NCBI GenBank assembly: GCA_963847445.1
Contig: CAWJZV010000046.1
Coordinates: 320,001-384,000 of the forward strand
DNA length: 64,000 bases
From: an uncultured delta proteobacterium
GTDB lineage: Bacteria; Desulfobacterota; Binatia; UBA9968
Reading direction: 5' to 3'
The position numbers and the translations under genes are program-made. The stretch's first letter is position 1. The number at the start of each line of letters is the position of its first letter. This document shows, one piece after another, positions 20,322 through 30,916 of this stretch. The notes below the pieces were generated by a model. It made no database searches. It was not told the DNA's origin and worked only from the letters and a program-made list of their open reading frames with translations.

Positions 20322-20352
20322 GCAATTTTAGCTTATAAGCGAATAATTGCAA
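20322..20352 (-). promoter_or_regulatory. Sigma70-like promoter with overlapping palindromic operator for the TA operon; probably leaderless
   Basis: Minus strand TTGCAA-16-TAAAAT then 7 nt to the GTG; palindrome gcaatt..gcttataagc..aattgc. Confidence 0.6.
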
Positions 20353-20590
20353 GCCGAAAGCGTGGAGGAGTGAAACAGCGAGAAGTGCAGCTCCCATCTC
20401 AATTCATTTTTACCGGTCGTTTCCCTTCGTTACCAATCCCACCTGCTGCCGATTATCTCGAAGTCGTCCAATATTGGACAGACTGCCTTACCGAGTCAGC
20501 GTATAATTTTTATGTAGTCCGAAACGGCGGGTTCGCGAGGGAAAAGTTACTAATCGCGGCAATTGTTGACGGTTAGCGAAAGGCTGTTGC

Positions 20591-20866
20591 ATGTCCCAAT
20601 ACAAAGGTCATCCCATTTACGGGATTGGAGTCCGTGGCGCGGGGAAAGAATGGCATTGCCGGGGTTTGATATTTAGCTCCGAAGATAAGGTGACGGAGCT
20701 CAAAAAATTGGACTGCGCCGAATTAACTTTTAAGACAAGAAGCAAAGCCGAAGCGCACGCGCTCAAACTATGTGAAAAATGGATCGATCTGCAAAGCGGG
20801 GAAATCGAATCAAGCAGTCCTATCAAGTCGGTGCCCGTGAAAGATCGTACGCTCGCGATGGGGTGA
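20591..20866 (+). CDS. Hypothetical protein, 91 aa
   Basis: ORF with RBS-like aagg; globular alpha/beta-like composition; no family recognised. Confidence 0.55.
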   Translation: MSQYKGHPIYGIGVRGAGKEWHCRGLIFSSEDKVTELKKLDCAELTFKTRSKAEAHALKLCEKWIDLQSGEIESSSPIKSVPVKDRTLAMG

Positions 20867-20927
20867 TATCCAATCGGCCGCCTTGAGTTTATTTCTCGAC
20901 CTGTCATACCCGCTTCTCCGCCACCCC

Positions 20928-20952
20928 AGGGCGTATAGCAATACGCCCCTAC
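20928..20952 (-). repeat. GTAG-type REP hairpin
   Basis: Minus strand gtaggggcgtattgctatacgccct. Confidence 0.7.
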
Positions 20953-21092
20953 GTCGGACTGCCCTCAAGATTCGTTGCATTCATCGCGGTAACCCTCCGC
21001 TTGTGATTCTCTTCTGGTTGCGCGACTCGCCCCCGATTGACAGTAGCGCATCATAAAGTATAGCTAAATTCGTGACCGAATAAGGAGATGAC

Positions 21093-22079
21093 ATGAAAAC
21101 TAGGTCGTTCGTTATTGTTTTGCTATTGCTGGGCGTTGGGACGTTGACTGAGCGGTGTTTTGCCAAGGATCGGCTGGTTATCGGTTACACGGCGATCACC
21201 GGTATCAAAGCCGGGCTTTGGGTCGCGGAAGACGCGGGGATTTTCGACAAGCATAATATTCAGGCTGAGCTGCTGTTGGTCACTTCGGCATCGAAAATGG
21301 TGCAAGCCATGCTCGGCGGCGATGTGCCGTTCGCGGCGGCGGGCGGCAATGCGGCTGTCGATGCCAATCTCGCCGGCGCGGATATGGTCATGCTCGGCGT
21401 ACTGGCCAAAGTCCCGGCGTTTTACATCATGGCGCTGCCGGAGATTAAAACTATCGAAGACTTGCGCGGCAAGCCGGTGGGGGTGACGCGCTTCGGTTCG
21501 TCCACCGACTTCACCATGCGCTATCTTCTGCGCAAGCATGGCCTGAATCCCGACCGCGATGTGACGATGATCCAGGCGGGCGATTTGAACGCGGCGGCGG
21601 CGATGCTCAAGACCAAGGCGATCTATGCGGCGCCGTTCTCAAGCCCGGCCAATCTACGGGCGCAGGAGGCCGGTGCCCGCTCGCTGCTCAACATGGGCAC
21701 CGCCGGCGTCTATTTCCCGCACGATGCTTTGATGGCCCGCCGGGCGTTTATCAATGGCAATGAAGATTTCGTCCGCCGGGCGACCCGGGCCTATTCGGAA
21801 GGGGTGCATCGCTTGTTCACCGATCCGGCCGCGGGGAAGCGCGCGGTACGGAAGTACGCGCGCACCAGCGATGCGAAAATCGTCGATGCGGTCTATCAAT
21901 ACGCCATCGATTACATCGAAAAGATTCCTTACAACTCGCGCGAGGCGGTGCAGGAAGTTTTGAATCAAGCGGCGGTGCGCAATCCCAAGGCGAAGGAAGC
22001 CAAGCCGGAAAGTTTCTACGACGACAAGTATGTCCGCGAGTTGGATAGTCAAGGGTTTTATAAACAACTGTGGAAATGA
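21093..22079 (+). CDS. ABC transporter substrate-binding protein, NMT1/SsuA-like
   Basis: RBS aggag; signal peptide; IKTIEDLRGKPVGVTRFGSSTD; RELDSQGFYKQLWK. Confidence 0.9.
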   Translation: MKTRSFVIVLLLLGVGTLTERCFAKDRLVIGYTAITGIKAGLWVAEDAGIFDKHNIQAELLLVTSASKMVQAMLGGDVPFAAAGGNAAVDANLAGADMVMLGVLAKVPAFYIMALPEIKTIEDLRGKPVGVTRFGSSTDFTMRYLLRKHGLNPDRDVTMIQAGDLNAAAAMLKTKAIYAAPFSSPANLRAQEAGARSLLNMGTAGVYFPHDALMARRAFINGNEDFVRRATRAYSEGVHRLFTDPAAGKRAVRKYARTSDAKIVDAVYQYAIDYIEKIPYNSREAVQEVLNQAAVRNPKAKEAKPESFYDDKYVRELDSQGFYKQLWK

Positions 22080-22081
22080 AC

Positions 22082-22131
22082 TGGAGCGATGGAGTGTTGG
22101 AGTAATGGAGGATTGAGGATCGAGGATGGAT
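22082..22131 (+). repeat. Solo arm: 8-bp TGGAGTnn units joined to 7-bp TCGAGGA units
   Basis: tggagcga tggagtgt tggagtaa tggagga ttgagga tcgagga tggat. Confidence 0.8.
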
Positions 22132-22180
22132 TTGCGAAATTGGCGGCGCGAACGTCGATAATCGCCATGGAGGATAGATT

Positions 22181-23697
22181 ATGAAACGGCTGTTATTGGG
22201 ATTGCTGCTTCTGACCGTTTGTACTGGTGGCCACGCTGCGCCATTCCGGCGCGGCGGAGACGCGCATCTCCATCGGCGTGACCGAGACCATGGACACTTT
22301 CAATCCTTACGCCGACAGCGTTTCTTTGATGTATAGCGTCTGGTGCCAGGTGCTGGGCTGTCTCGGTACCTATGATTTCGACAAGGGGCAGCATGTCGGC
22401 TTGGTGCTGGAGCGCTGGGAAGTCAAGGATCCCAACAACTGGTTGTTCCATGTGCGCAAGGGGCTCAAGTTTCATAACGGCACGCCGGTGACCGCCCATG
22501 ACATCGTCCACTCCATGGGCCGGACGCGCAAGGACCCGCAGAGCAAGCAGACCCAGAACATTGCGGCGGTGGCGAGCGAGAAGGCGCTCAACGACTACAC
22601 CGTTCAAGTCACGACGAAAATTCCGACGGCGCCGTTGCTCGATTATCTCTTCGACCGGATCATCGTCACCAGCAAGGATCTCTACGACAAGCATGGCGCG
22701 GAAGTGGCCGACAAGCAGTATCCCTTCGGCGCCGGACCGTACAAATTTCGCGAGTTGATCCCCGGACAGCGTCTGGTGATCGGCAAAGACAAATCCCATC
22801 CGATGTGGAAACAGTATCCGCAGGCGCCCGATGAAATCGTTTTTCGCATCATGCGCGAACCGGAGCAGCGGGTGACGGCGCTGCTGAACAACGAAATCCA
22901 GATCGCCCAGTTCGTGCCGCCGCATCTGCGCGAGCGGGTCGAGCGCAGCGCCAATCACAAGATCGTTAAATTTCACACCGCTGAGCTGATGTTCCTGGCG
23001 ATGATGCCGAAGGTCAAGCCTTGGGATAACAAGCTAGTGCGCCAAGCGGTGGCCTACGCCATCGACCGGGATACGATCATCAAGACGATTTTGCGCGGCG
23101 AAGCGTCGCGCCTCGACGGGCCCGATTGGCGAAGGCCAATATGGCTACGATCCTAATCTCAAGCCGAAGTACACTTACAATCCGGAGAAGGCCAAAGAGT
23201 TGTTGAAACAAGCCGGCTATCCCAACGGCGTCGACGTCGAGCTGCAAACTCCGGTGGGTCGCTACACGCTGGACAAGCAATTGAGCGAAGCGATGATCCC
23301 CATGCTCAACGCCGCAGGTTTCCGCGCCAAGCTGGCGACGCCCGAGTGGGCGACCTTGTGGGCCAATGTGCAAGTGGGCAAGGTGCCGTTTTACTACATG
23401 GGCCGGGGCGGTGTCGTCGACCCCAGCGCGGCGTTGGCGCAGTACTTCGAAACCGGCGGCTCGCCGCGCATCGGCTACTCGAATCCCAAGGTCGACGAGT
23501 TGTTGAAGCAGGAACGGCAAACCTTCGACCCGGCCAAACGCAAGAAAGCCTTGGCCGAGGCGATGAGCGTCATCACCGACGAAGCACCGGCGCATTTCCT
23601 CTGGCGCCATCAGTTGCTCTTCGGCATGGCGAAAAACGTCGACTACCGGCCGCTGCCGAGCGAGCGGATCTTCGGCTGGAATATGAAGGTGAAGTGA
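22181..23697 (+). CDS. ABC transporter substrate-binding protein family 5 (peptide/nickel; frameshifted)
   Basis: RKGLKFHNGTPVTAHD, GAGPYKF, VRQAVAYAIDR, AKELLKQAGYPNG and YSNPKVDELL. Confidence 0.9.
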
Positions 23698-23708
23698 GAG
23701 GGGAAGAA

Positions 23709-23825
23709 TGGAGTGATGGAGTAGTGGAGTAGTGGAGTGTTGGGTGGGCCGAGGATCGAGGATGGATGATGGTAGTGGCGGTCGGGTCGCGGTCTTTTCC
23801 ATTACTCCAACACTCCAGTACTCCA
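23709..23825. repeat. Inverted-repeat element of 8-bp TGGAGTnn units with an internal 7-mer arm
   Basis: tggagtga tggagtag tggagtag tggagtgt ... cgaggatcgaggatggatgatgg ... ccattactccaacactccagtactcca. Confidence 0.9.
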
Positions 23826-23889
23826 ATTTGCTCCATGACCATGTCGCAGTCTAATTGCGCATACTTTCGAGTAAGCAAAAGGATCATCG

Positions 23890-24528
23890 ATGTCTATTTT
23901 GAAGAGTCAGGTCGTGGCGAAAAACTCGGGCGCGGCGTTTGAAGTGTTGAAAGGGCAGCGGATACGGATCGCGGGGCGGAGTATTGTCGACTTCGTGGCG
24001 TTCAATCTGCGCGATTTGACCGAGCGTTTCGATCAGGCGCGGACCAAGACCAATCAGGTGAAGATCTTTATCAGCACCGGCGACGTTCTCTATTCGAAAA
24101 GAAACAATCCGATGATGACCATCGTTGCCGATACGTTTGCCGAAGGGCGCCATGACTTGCAGAAGGGCATGTGCAGCCGCAAGCGATTCGAGATGGTGGC
24201 CCAGGGGCAGTCGAAACGGGTGTTCGCCGAAGGCGTCGATATCAATCCCAAGACGGCGGAGGAGATTCCGACCCATGGTTGTTGGGAGAATTTGAGCGGG
24301 GCGGTGCAGCCGTGGAATATTACGCCGGACGATGTGCCGAGTCCGTTCAATATCTTTCAGTGCATGCGCATCGACCCCGACACCGGCGTGATGTACGACA
24401 CCATGATCCGGCCCAAGGATGAGGCCCATGTGGATTTTCGCGCCGAGATGGATTTGCTGGTGGCCGCCAGCGCTTGTCCGGAGTCGGGCCGCGGGCAGGC
24501 GATCCGGGTGGAGATTTACGACGAGTAA
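23890..24528 (+). CDS. Urea carboxylase-associated family protein (DUF1989)
   Basis: VDFVAFN, HDLQKGMCS, HGCWENL, PSPFNIF and FRAEMDLLVAASACP. Confidence 0.88.
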   Translation: MSILKSQVVAKNSGAAFEVLKGQRIRIAGRSIVDFVAFNLRDLTERFDQARTKTNQVKIFISTGDVLYSKRNNPMMTIVADTFAEGRHDLQKGMCSRKRFEMVAQGQSKRVFAEGVDINPKTAEEIPTHGCWENLSGAVQPWNITPDDVPSPFNIFQCMRIDPDTGVMYDTMIRPKDEAHVDFRAEMDLLVAASACPESGRGQAIRVEIYDE

Positions 24529-24538
24529 TCGGAGATTT

Positions 24539-24676
24539 GGCCGCAAAGAACGCAAAGTTCGCAAGTCACCACGAAGTGCACGAAGATCACGAAGGTGAGG
24601 ACTAATTGATTCCGAACTTCGTGTCCGTCGTGCCTTCGCGGTGACGAGGAATTTGCGTGATCAGAGCAATCTGGTG
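24539..24676. repeat. Composite of CGCAAAG arm and CACGAAG inverted element
   Basis: ggccgcaaagaacgcaaagttcgcaa + gtcaccacgaagtgcacgaagatcacgaag ... cttcgtgtccgtcgtgccttcgcggtgac. Confidence 0.85.
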
Positions 24677-24685
24677 AAAGGCAAT

Positions 24686-25862
24686 ATGGCAGGAACAACT
24701 TTTACTTTTAACAATCCCCATGTCGAGCGGGTGATCTCGGGGCAGGGCTCGTTGGGCAAGTTGGCGCGAGGAAGTCGAGCGGCTGGGCGGCACGCGGGCG
24801 CTGGTGTTGATCTCGCCGTCGGTGGCGAAGACCTTTCTCTTGGACAAGGTTAAAGCCGGGCTCGGCGGTAAATGCGTGGCGGTGTTCGATCAGGTGAAGC
24901 CGCATTCGCCGACGGAGTCGATCGAAAAGGCGGTGGAGCTGGCGCGGGGTGCGAAGATCGACATTCTGGTCAGCGTCGGCGGTGGCAGCGCCATCGACAC
25001 CGGCAAGGGCGTGGCGGCGCTGTTGGCCGAGGGCGGTGCGCTGCCGCGTTTCGGTGTGCGCTTCACGCCGCCGAACAAAAAAGAAGTGCCGCCCATGCCG
25101 GCGCCGAAAATCCCTCACATCGCGATTCCGACGACTCTCTCCGGCGGCGAGTACAGTTACTCCGCCGGCATCACCGAGGGCGGCAAGAAATTCATCGTCG
25201 CCGATCCCAAGCTGGCACCGAAGACGGTGCTGCTCGATCCCGAAGCGGCGGCGACCGCGCCCGGCCGTTTGCTGGCGGCGTCGGGCATGAATTCGCTGGC
25301 GCACTGCGTCGAAGCGGTTTATTCCACTGAGACCCAGCCGCTGACGGAGGCGTATTGTCTTACCGGTATCGGTTTGCTCGCGCGTTACCTGCCGCGGGCG
25401 GTGGCGGATTCATCGCTGATCTCGAAGCGCTCAGCCATGTCCAGGTGGCGGCGTGTTTGTCCGGCATGGGTGTTTACAGCGCCTGGACCGGCATCCATCA
25501 CGCCATCGTCCATGTCATCGGCGGGCGCTACAAAGCGCCGCACGCGGAAATTCACGCCTTGATGTTGCCCTACGGCATGCGCTGGAATTTGGATGTGGTC
25601 GCAGCGCCATTACCTGCGGATGGCGCGGGAGATCGGCATCGAAGCCGCGAACGAAAAGGAATTGGCCGCCGCCGTGCCGGAATACGTCTACGGCATGAAT
25701 CAAAAAATGGGCCTGCCGCTCAAGCTGCGCGATCTCGGCGTGCCGCGCGATGGCTTGAAGCAGTTGTCGGTGGATACGCTGGGCGATTACAGCATTCACA
25801 CCAATCCCAAACCGGTGCGCAACGCGGAACAGGTGCTCGAGGTGCTGGAAGCGGCGTGGTGA
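24686..25862 (+). CDS. Iron-containing alcohol dehydrogenase family (maleylacetate reductase-like; frameshifted)
   Basis: VSVGGGSAIDTGK, IAIPTTLSGGE, GMNSLAHCVEA, GIHHAIVH, PHAEIH and NPKPV. Confidence 0.88.
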
Positions 25863-25913
25863 GGTGAATGGATTTGTTTTTATCTCTCGCAAAGGCGCAG
25901 TACCGATGGTACG

Positions 25914-26024
25914 TCACGCCGGTGAAAACCGGCTCCGTCTTCGTTGCGAATTAGCGGCGGAAAATCCTGCATACCTGCCCTCGCCCGGATCAGGTACCGG
26001 GGCGATGCTCTAGCCGGTAAGACG
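25914..26024. repeat. Degenerate GTCAY-type REP-like element
   Basis: gtcacgccggtgaaaaccggc ... cccggatcaggtaccgggg ... ccggtaagacg. Confidence 0.45.
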
Positions 26025-26077
26025 AAGAGAGCTCCGCGATGCCAGCTAATCTGAATGTTCTGGGTATGCACCTCCAC

Positions 26078-27274
26078 ATGACTCCTCAAGAAGCGATCAA
26101 GATCGTCAATCAGTTCGCCAACGATGACGAGATCGACAGTCTGCTCGTCGACCTGCTCCGCGCGCCGTCGCCGCAGACGGAACTTCAGGAAGCCGATCCC
26201 AATCTGAAAAAGTTCGTCGCTGGCTTCGTTGCGCCGCGGTTGGAAATGCTGACCGGAAGCGCAGCGGCGCTCGACGGCATGGGCAATTTGTTGTGGCAGT
26301 CTGGTGCGAATACCGGCGAGCCGGGCTTGCTGCTCATGGGTTACGCCATGACGTTTCCGGCGGGCGGCATGAAAGAGCCGTTCTCGGGCGCGATCGTCGA
26401 CGGCGCGCCGTTCGGCATTGCCGGCAACTGTGCGATGGGCCGCGGCGCCTGCGAGCAGAAGGGCGCGTTGGCGGCGATGATGTATGCGGCGGCGATCGTC
26501 GCGCGATCCGCAGGTGAAAGCTGCGCGCGCCGTTGTATCTCGCCGTCAGTTTAGCCGGCGAGACTGGCCGTCATGATGCGGCTAAATTTATTCTTGAAAA
26601 TAATCGGATTACCGCTAAAGCCGGCATCGTCGGTTTGGGAACGGCCAATCGCATCTGCCTCGGCAACAAAGGCCGGATCGATGTCGAGATCACCGTGCGC
26701 GGGAAGTCAGCGCATAGCAGCATGCCCTGGGACGGCATCAACGCCGTCGACGGCGCGCGCAAAGTGTTGGAGCGTCTCGATCGACTGAATCTCGGTCGCT
26801 GAGCATCCAGGTCTGGGCAAAGCGACGTTGACGGTGACGCAGATCAAGAGCGCGCCGGATATCAGCCACACGGTTCCGGACACTTGCCGGATCACACTCG
26901 ACCGGCGGCTGCTGCCGGGTGACGATCCGGACGTCGCATTGCGTGACATTCAAGATGCCGTGGCGGATTTGCCGCCGTGGTCGGTCGAAGTCACACGCGG
27001 CGCGTTTATGTATCCGTCCGAGGTTGGCGCCGATTGTGCCGTTGCAGCAGCCGTGCGCCGCGCTAGTCGCGCATTGAAAGGACAAGACGGCGAAGTCTTT
27101 TATTCACCAGCGGCATTGGATGCTGGTTATCTCAATCAGCGCGGCATCGAGACGATCATGTTCGGGCCGGGCGATCTGCGCTTTGCCCACACCGATGAGG
27201 AAGTTGTGTCGTTGCAGGAAGTGCGCGACGCGGCACGGATTTATGCAGCGACGGCGTTGGAGTTGCTAGCGTAG
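26078..27274 (+). CDS. M20/ArgE/DapE family peptidase-deacylase (frameshifted)
   Basis: GRGACEQKG, GETG, RGKSAHSSMPWDGINAV, DRRLLPG, LDAGYL and FGPGDLRFAHTDEE. Confidence 0.85.
26973..27270 (+). repeat. Direct repeat copy 1 (3' ~300 bp of the M20 gene)
   Basis: Aligns base by base with 28197-28495, with mostly synonymous substitutions. Confidence 0.95.
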
Positions 27275-27342
27275 CTAATGTGATATCCGAGCAGGGGGAC
27301 TGCAATTAAGGGAAACTTTTAGGCATTGAGATCGATCATAAC

Positions 27343-27435
27343 GCCCAACGATGCGCTTGAGTGGTGGCGGTGGAGCGGCGCGACAAGGTGCCGCAAGCTC
27401 GCTCACGGTCGTCCGCTTTCAAGCGCTGGTTCGGT
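27343..27435 (-). mobile_element. Integron attC-like site
   Basis: Minus strand ACCGAAC cagcgcttga...tcaagcgcatc GTTGGGC; 93 bp imperfect palindrome with R' = GTTRRRY, just after the antitoxin stop. Confidence 0.75.
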
Positions 27436-27444
27436 CACAACAGC

Positions 27445-27803
27445 CTAAGCGACCTGGGCGAGTGCAACGAGGATCTCGATTGATTCAAACGGCACAGCAG
27501 ACCGTACCGATTTTCTTCGGAACGCTCCACCAGACCGAGCTCCAGCAAGCGCGACACGTCGGTGTGCACATTGGAATAGTTGCGCTCCGCCGCCTTGGCG
27601 AGTGCGTAGACAGTGCAAGGGCCGACGCGACGCAGCACATCTAGCAGGTCAAGCCGCGCGGGAGTGAGTTCAGCAAAAAGCGAACGCGCTGACTCAAAAC
27701 TCAAATGTAAATCGGGCGAGCGACCTTGCCCGGCACCGGCAATCTGCTGTGCAACAGACCGAAAAATTGAACCCTTGCGGGCTATCTCGATTATCGCCTT
27801 CAT
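27445..27803 (-). CDS. Putative antitoxin, winged HTH (HVO_A0114-like; frameshift near 3' end)
   Basis: LSFES...LTPARLDLL...VYALAKAAERNYSNVHTDVSRLLELGLVER; likely true end VPFESIEILVALAQVA*. Confidence 0.75.
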
Positions 27804-27806
27804 AAG

Positions 27807-28085
27807 TTACCTCCAGCCCTCGACATCGAACCTAAAGTCTTCGAGCAGTTGCTCTACTGTGGTGAAGACGTAGTCTTCCTCTCGCTCTCCAATATGCCGG
27901 TGGTCCCCCTTGCCGTGTTCGTTGTCGTACCGAATCCGGCTGGATCCGGCTGCGCCGTAGAACAAGCGGTACTTGTACCGGTGAGTACTCGGCGGCAGCG
28001 GTTCGGGTAGTTCCCAGATGACGATCTCAATAATCGAACCGTCGTCGCGGAATTCCTTAGCGTGGGCGAGGAGGACCGCTGGCAT
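27807..28085 (-). CDS. DUF6516/TumE-family putative toxin
   Basis: IEIVIWELPEP...HRYKYRLFYG...IRYDNEHGKGDHRH...FTTVEQLLEDF; small IR tattgc-6-gcaata just upstream (28087-28104). Confidence 0.8.
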   Translation of the reverse strand: MPAVLLAHAKEFRDDGSIIEIVIWELPEPLPPSTHRYKYRLFYGAAGSSRIRYDNEHGKGDHRHIGEREEDYVFTTVEQLLEDFRFDVEGWR

Positions 28086-28196
28086 GTATTGCACCGTAGC
28101 AATATACGTGTACCGCGTCTACTAGGAGCCCGACTACCAGTAGACGGATTAGCTTTTTTCCATATTAAAATCTGCAAGCGAGGCCGCAAATATGGT

Positions 28197-28495
28197 CGCC
28201 GTGGTCGGTAGAAGTCACACGCGGCGCGTTTATGTACCCGTCCGAGGTTGGCGCCGATTGTGCCGTTGCAGCGGCCGTGCGCCGCGCTAGTCGCGCATTG
28301 AAAGGGCAAGACGGCGAAGTCTTTTATTCACCAGCGGCGCTGGATGCGGGTTATCTCAATCAGCGCGGCATTGAGACGATTATGTTCCGACCGGGCGATC
28401 TGCGCTTTGCCCACACCGATGAGGAAGTTGTGTCGATGCAGGAAGTTCGCGACGCGGCGCGAGTCTATGCTGCGAGCAGCGCTTGAGGTGCTAGC
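28197..28495 (+). repeat. Direct repeat copy 2 (displaced 3' fragment of M20 gene)
   Basis: Begins cgccgtggtcggt; encodes YPSEVGADC...AHTDEEVV with no 5' part. Confidence 0.95.
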
Positions 28496-28499
28496 TAAG

Positions 28500-29565
28500 G
28501 TGAATACGGCATTGGCGAGGTTTATTCAAGTACATTCACGCCTGACGCTATCGGCTTCCTGATCGGCGCTGGACTTCGAGTGCTTGCCAGTTAAATCCGG
28601 CAACGGCAGATTATTGATCTAGCAACGCCTGAACGCTAAGGCCGTCGTATGGCCAGCAGAGTTAGATGTTGACTCGACCAATGTCTGAATGTGCTTAGCT
28701 GACACCAGCTCGGAGATTAGGCCATGATGTATCAACCTCGCGAAGTTGCACGAGTGTCGGTTCTTGATCCATTCCCAAGCGATCCTTGAGGAGCATTCCT
28801 TGCCACGCTTAAGAGAGGTCTGACCTTTAGGACCAGATGGGTGGGACGGGTATCCCGTGCATTCTGTGCTACTGACGTGAAGTGGTCGGATAGTGTGCGT
28901 GCGCTCTATGTCACGTCCCGCATCTCTGTTCACAGCTCTCAATGTGGTGCCATGCAGCGTAGGATACTGCGTGCGTGTTTGACATCAATTCGTCTGCAAA
29001 GTCGCGGGCTAAGGTAGGTCTGTTCTACCGGTCAAAGTACGTGAATATACGGTATCTGCAATGGCATTCATCACCTTGCCGCAGTCTTGTAGTCCGCGGA
29101 CCAGCAACAGGTGGCTCGTTTTTCGGATGCAGTCAAGAGCTTGTGCCGCAAGGACTCGCCCTCAATTTGCACGGTCCGCTGAACCCATACATAATTCTGA
29201 CGGGTTCAGATCTTCTTAAGGCGCTGAATGTGAGTGTCTGGACCAAAGATTCGGCTGTGCCGTGACTGTGCTTCGCATGCAAAGAGGATGGCGTACCGAA
29301 TATTCAGCGACGGTGGGGAATCCGGCTGCGAATGCAAGAAGGCCGATGATTTTGCTGCAGACAGTTGTCGATGTCGGGCAATAGTGCGACGAGAAGCTGA
29401 AGCTAGCTCTCTTAACGTCAACAACATGAAAACAAGGTAAGGCCGGAATCCGTACTTATCGCTCAGTTCTGGTAAACCAAGTCCTGCGCGGACTTCATCC
29501 AGTCGAGTGGATTAAATGGGTTTGCGCATTGGGCGAGGAACTTCGAATTGAAAACAACAATCTAA
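28500..29565 (+). pseudogene. Lower-GC degraded or unassignable coding region
   Basis: Composition differs from flanks; only short broken ORFs; no family recognised; strand is tentative. Confidence 0.25.
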
Positions 29566-29580
29566 CAATATCGCGACCTC

Positions 29581-29638
29581 ACCCCTTGTCGGTTGCCCTG
29601 CGCGAAGAGGGCCTAGGCGATGACAACTTGTTCCCTAC
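29581..29638. repeat. Degenerate GTAG-type REP doublet
   Basis: acccttgtcggttgccct-like arm followed by an arm ending ccctac. Confidence 0.45.
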
Positions 29639-29656
29639 AATTCACGCGTCAACATA

Positions 29657-30478
29657 CTACGCCGAGATTTCGAACGTCAGCAGTTGCCGCGCCGCCTTGT
29701 GATACGCTTCGGCGCAGGCGGCTTCGGTTTTTTCCGCTGGCGGGGCGACGATGCGGGCGCGGGCGGAGACTTTTAGCGGGCTGATGTCCCAGGGGTAGGG
29801 ATCGAAGATCACCGAGCCGGGGCCGTTGGGTTTGATCGTTAACGTTACGGTTTCGTCGCTGTCGTAGGAAACCCGCACGGGAGCGATTTTATATTCCTTG
29901 AATTCATTTTCGTTGGCGTAGCCGTCGCAGCAGAAGTAGAGCGACAACAAATCGAAGACTTGCAGCGCCATGTAGTTGTAGGCGAGCTCGTTCTCGAATC
30001 CCGGCTCCAATTCCATCAGTTTGCGCTTGATCTCGGCTTGCTGGCTCTCCATCTTGATTTTGGCGTCCTTGACCGCTGCGCTGCGCTCGCGCACGCGTCC
30101 CGCTGGTTCCGTTAAAATATTGTAGCGGTTGTGCCACAAGCCGGTGCGGTGCATGGAGACGATCAAAGCCGCGTAGGGATCTTGCGCGTGCAGCCATTCG
30201 ACGTTCTTCGAATACGCTTTGAGTTCCGTCGCTTCGAAGTTGGGCACCTCTTCGCGGTGCGCGTAGGGGCGGCCTTTGGCGACGTTCATCGGCGGGTTGC
30301 CTTCGAATTCGCGGTAGCCGCTGTCGTGATAGGTGGTCGCGAACACCATGGTGTCGTAGGGACGCAGTTTGGAGAAACGAGTGTTGCCCCAGTGGGCGGC
30401 GAACTGCGCCGCTAGTTCAGCGTGATCTTCTTGCAGGCTGACATACGAACGGCCGTCTTTGAGTTCTCGGATAACCAT
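29657..30478 (-). CDS. DUF3891 family protein
   Basis: RBS ggaggaa; QEDHAELAAQFAAHWGN, HDSGY, DPYAALIVSMH, LQVFDLLSLYFC and DPYPW. Confidence 0.8.
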   Translation of the reverse strand: MVIRELKDGRSYVSLQEDHAELAAQFAAHWGNTRFSKLRPYDTMVFATTYHDSGYREFEGNPPMNVAKGRPYAHREEVPNFEATELKAYSKNVEWLHAQDPYAALIVSMHRTGLWHNRYNILTEPAGRVRERSAAVKDAKIKMESQQAEIKRKLMELEPGFENELAYNYMALQVFDLLSLYFCCDGYANENEFKEYKIAPVRVSYDSDETVTLTIKPNGPGSVIFDPYPWDISPLKVSARARIVAPPAEKTEAACAEAYHKAARQLLTFEISA

Positions 30479-30752
30479 ATGCGTTCCTCCTCTGTGTTCC
30501 GATAGTGTAGGGGCGAGCAATTTTTCGACCCCAGAATTGGACCATGCCATAGTCGGCGTTGTGATTACAAATTCGATTTTTCCGATTACTGGGAAGATGT
30601 TTTCACCACGGGAACTCGCACGGTCTTTCGACGGCACTGAGTCATCGGCACAGGCCGGAAGGGCGAGCGGAAGTTCCAGAGACGGAGTTTCCTTCGAGAT
30701 CATCCTGCAGTATTTCGGGAGGAACGAAGCCGATTGGGCGAAGCCTTCCTGC

Positions 30753-30899
30753 TACTATCCGTGATACATTTGGCGCGGCTTGGGCAAAGCCTCTCGATGC
30801 GCCAAATCCGAGAGGGCGGGTTTCAACCCCGCCCCTACGACTCCCAATTCTTTTTTGCGCCCTTTGCGTTCTTTGCGGCCATTCTTCTTTTCGGTTGCG
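30753..30899 (-). repeat. Dispersed ~140-bp composite repeat, copy 2 (contains GTAG REP)
   Basis: Reverse complement matches 12289-12418; includes gtaggggcggggttgaaacccgccc. Confidence 0.9.
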
Positions 30900-30916
30900 T
30901 GGAACCACAAATTCAT

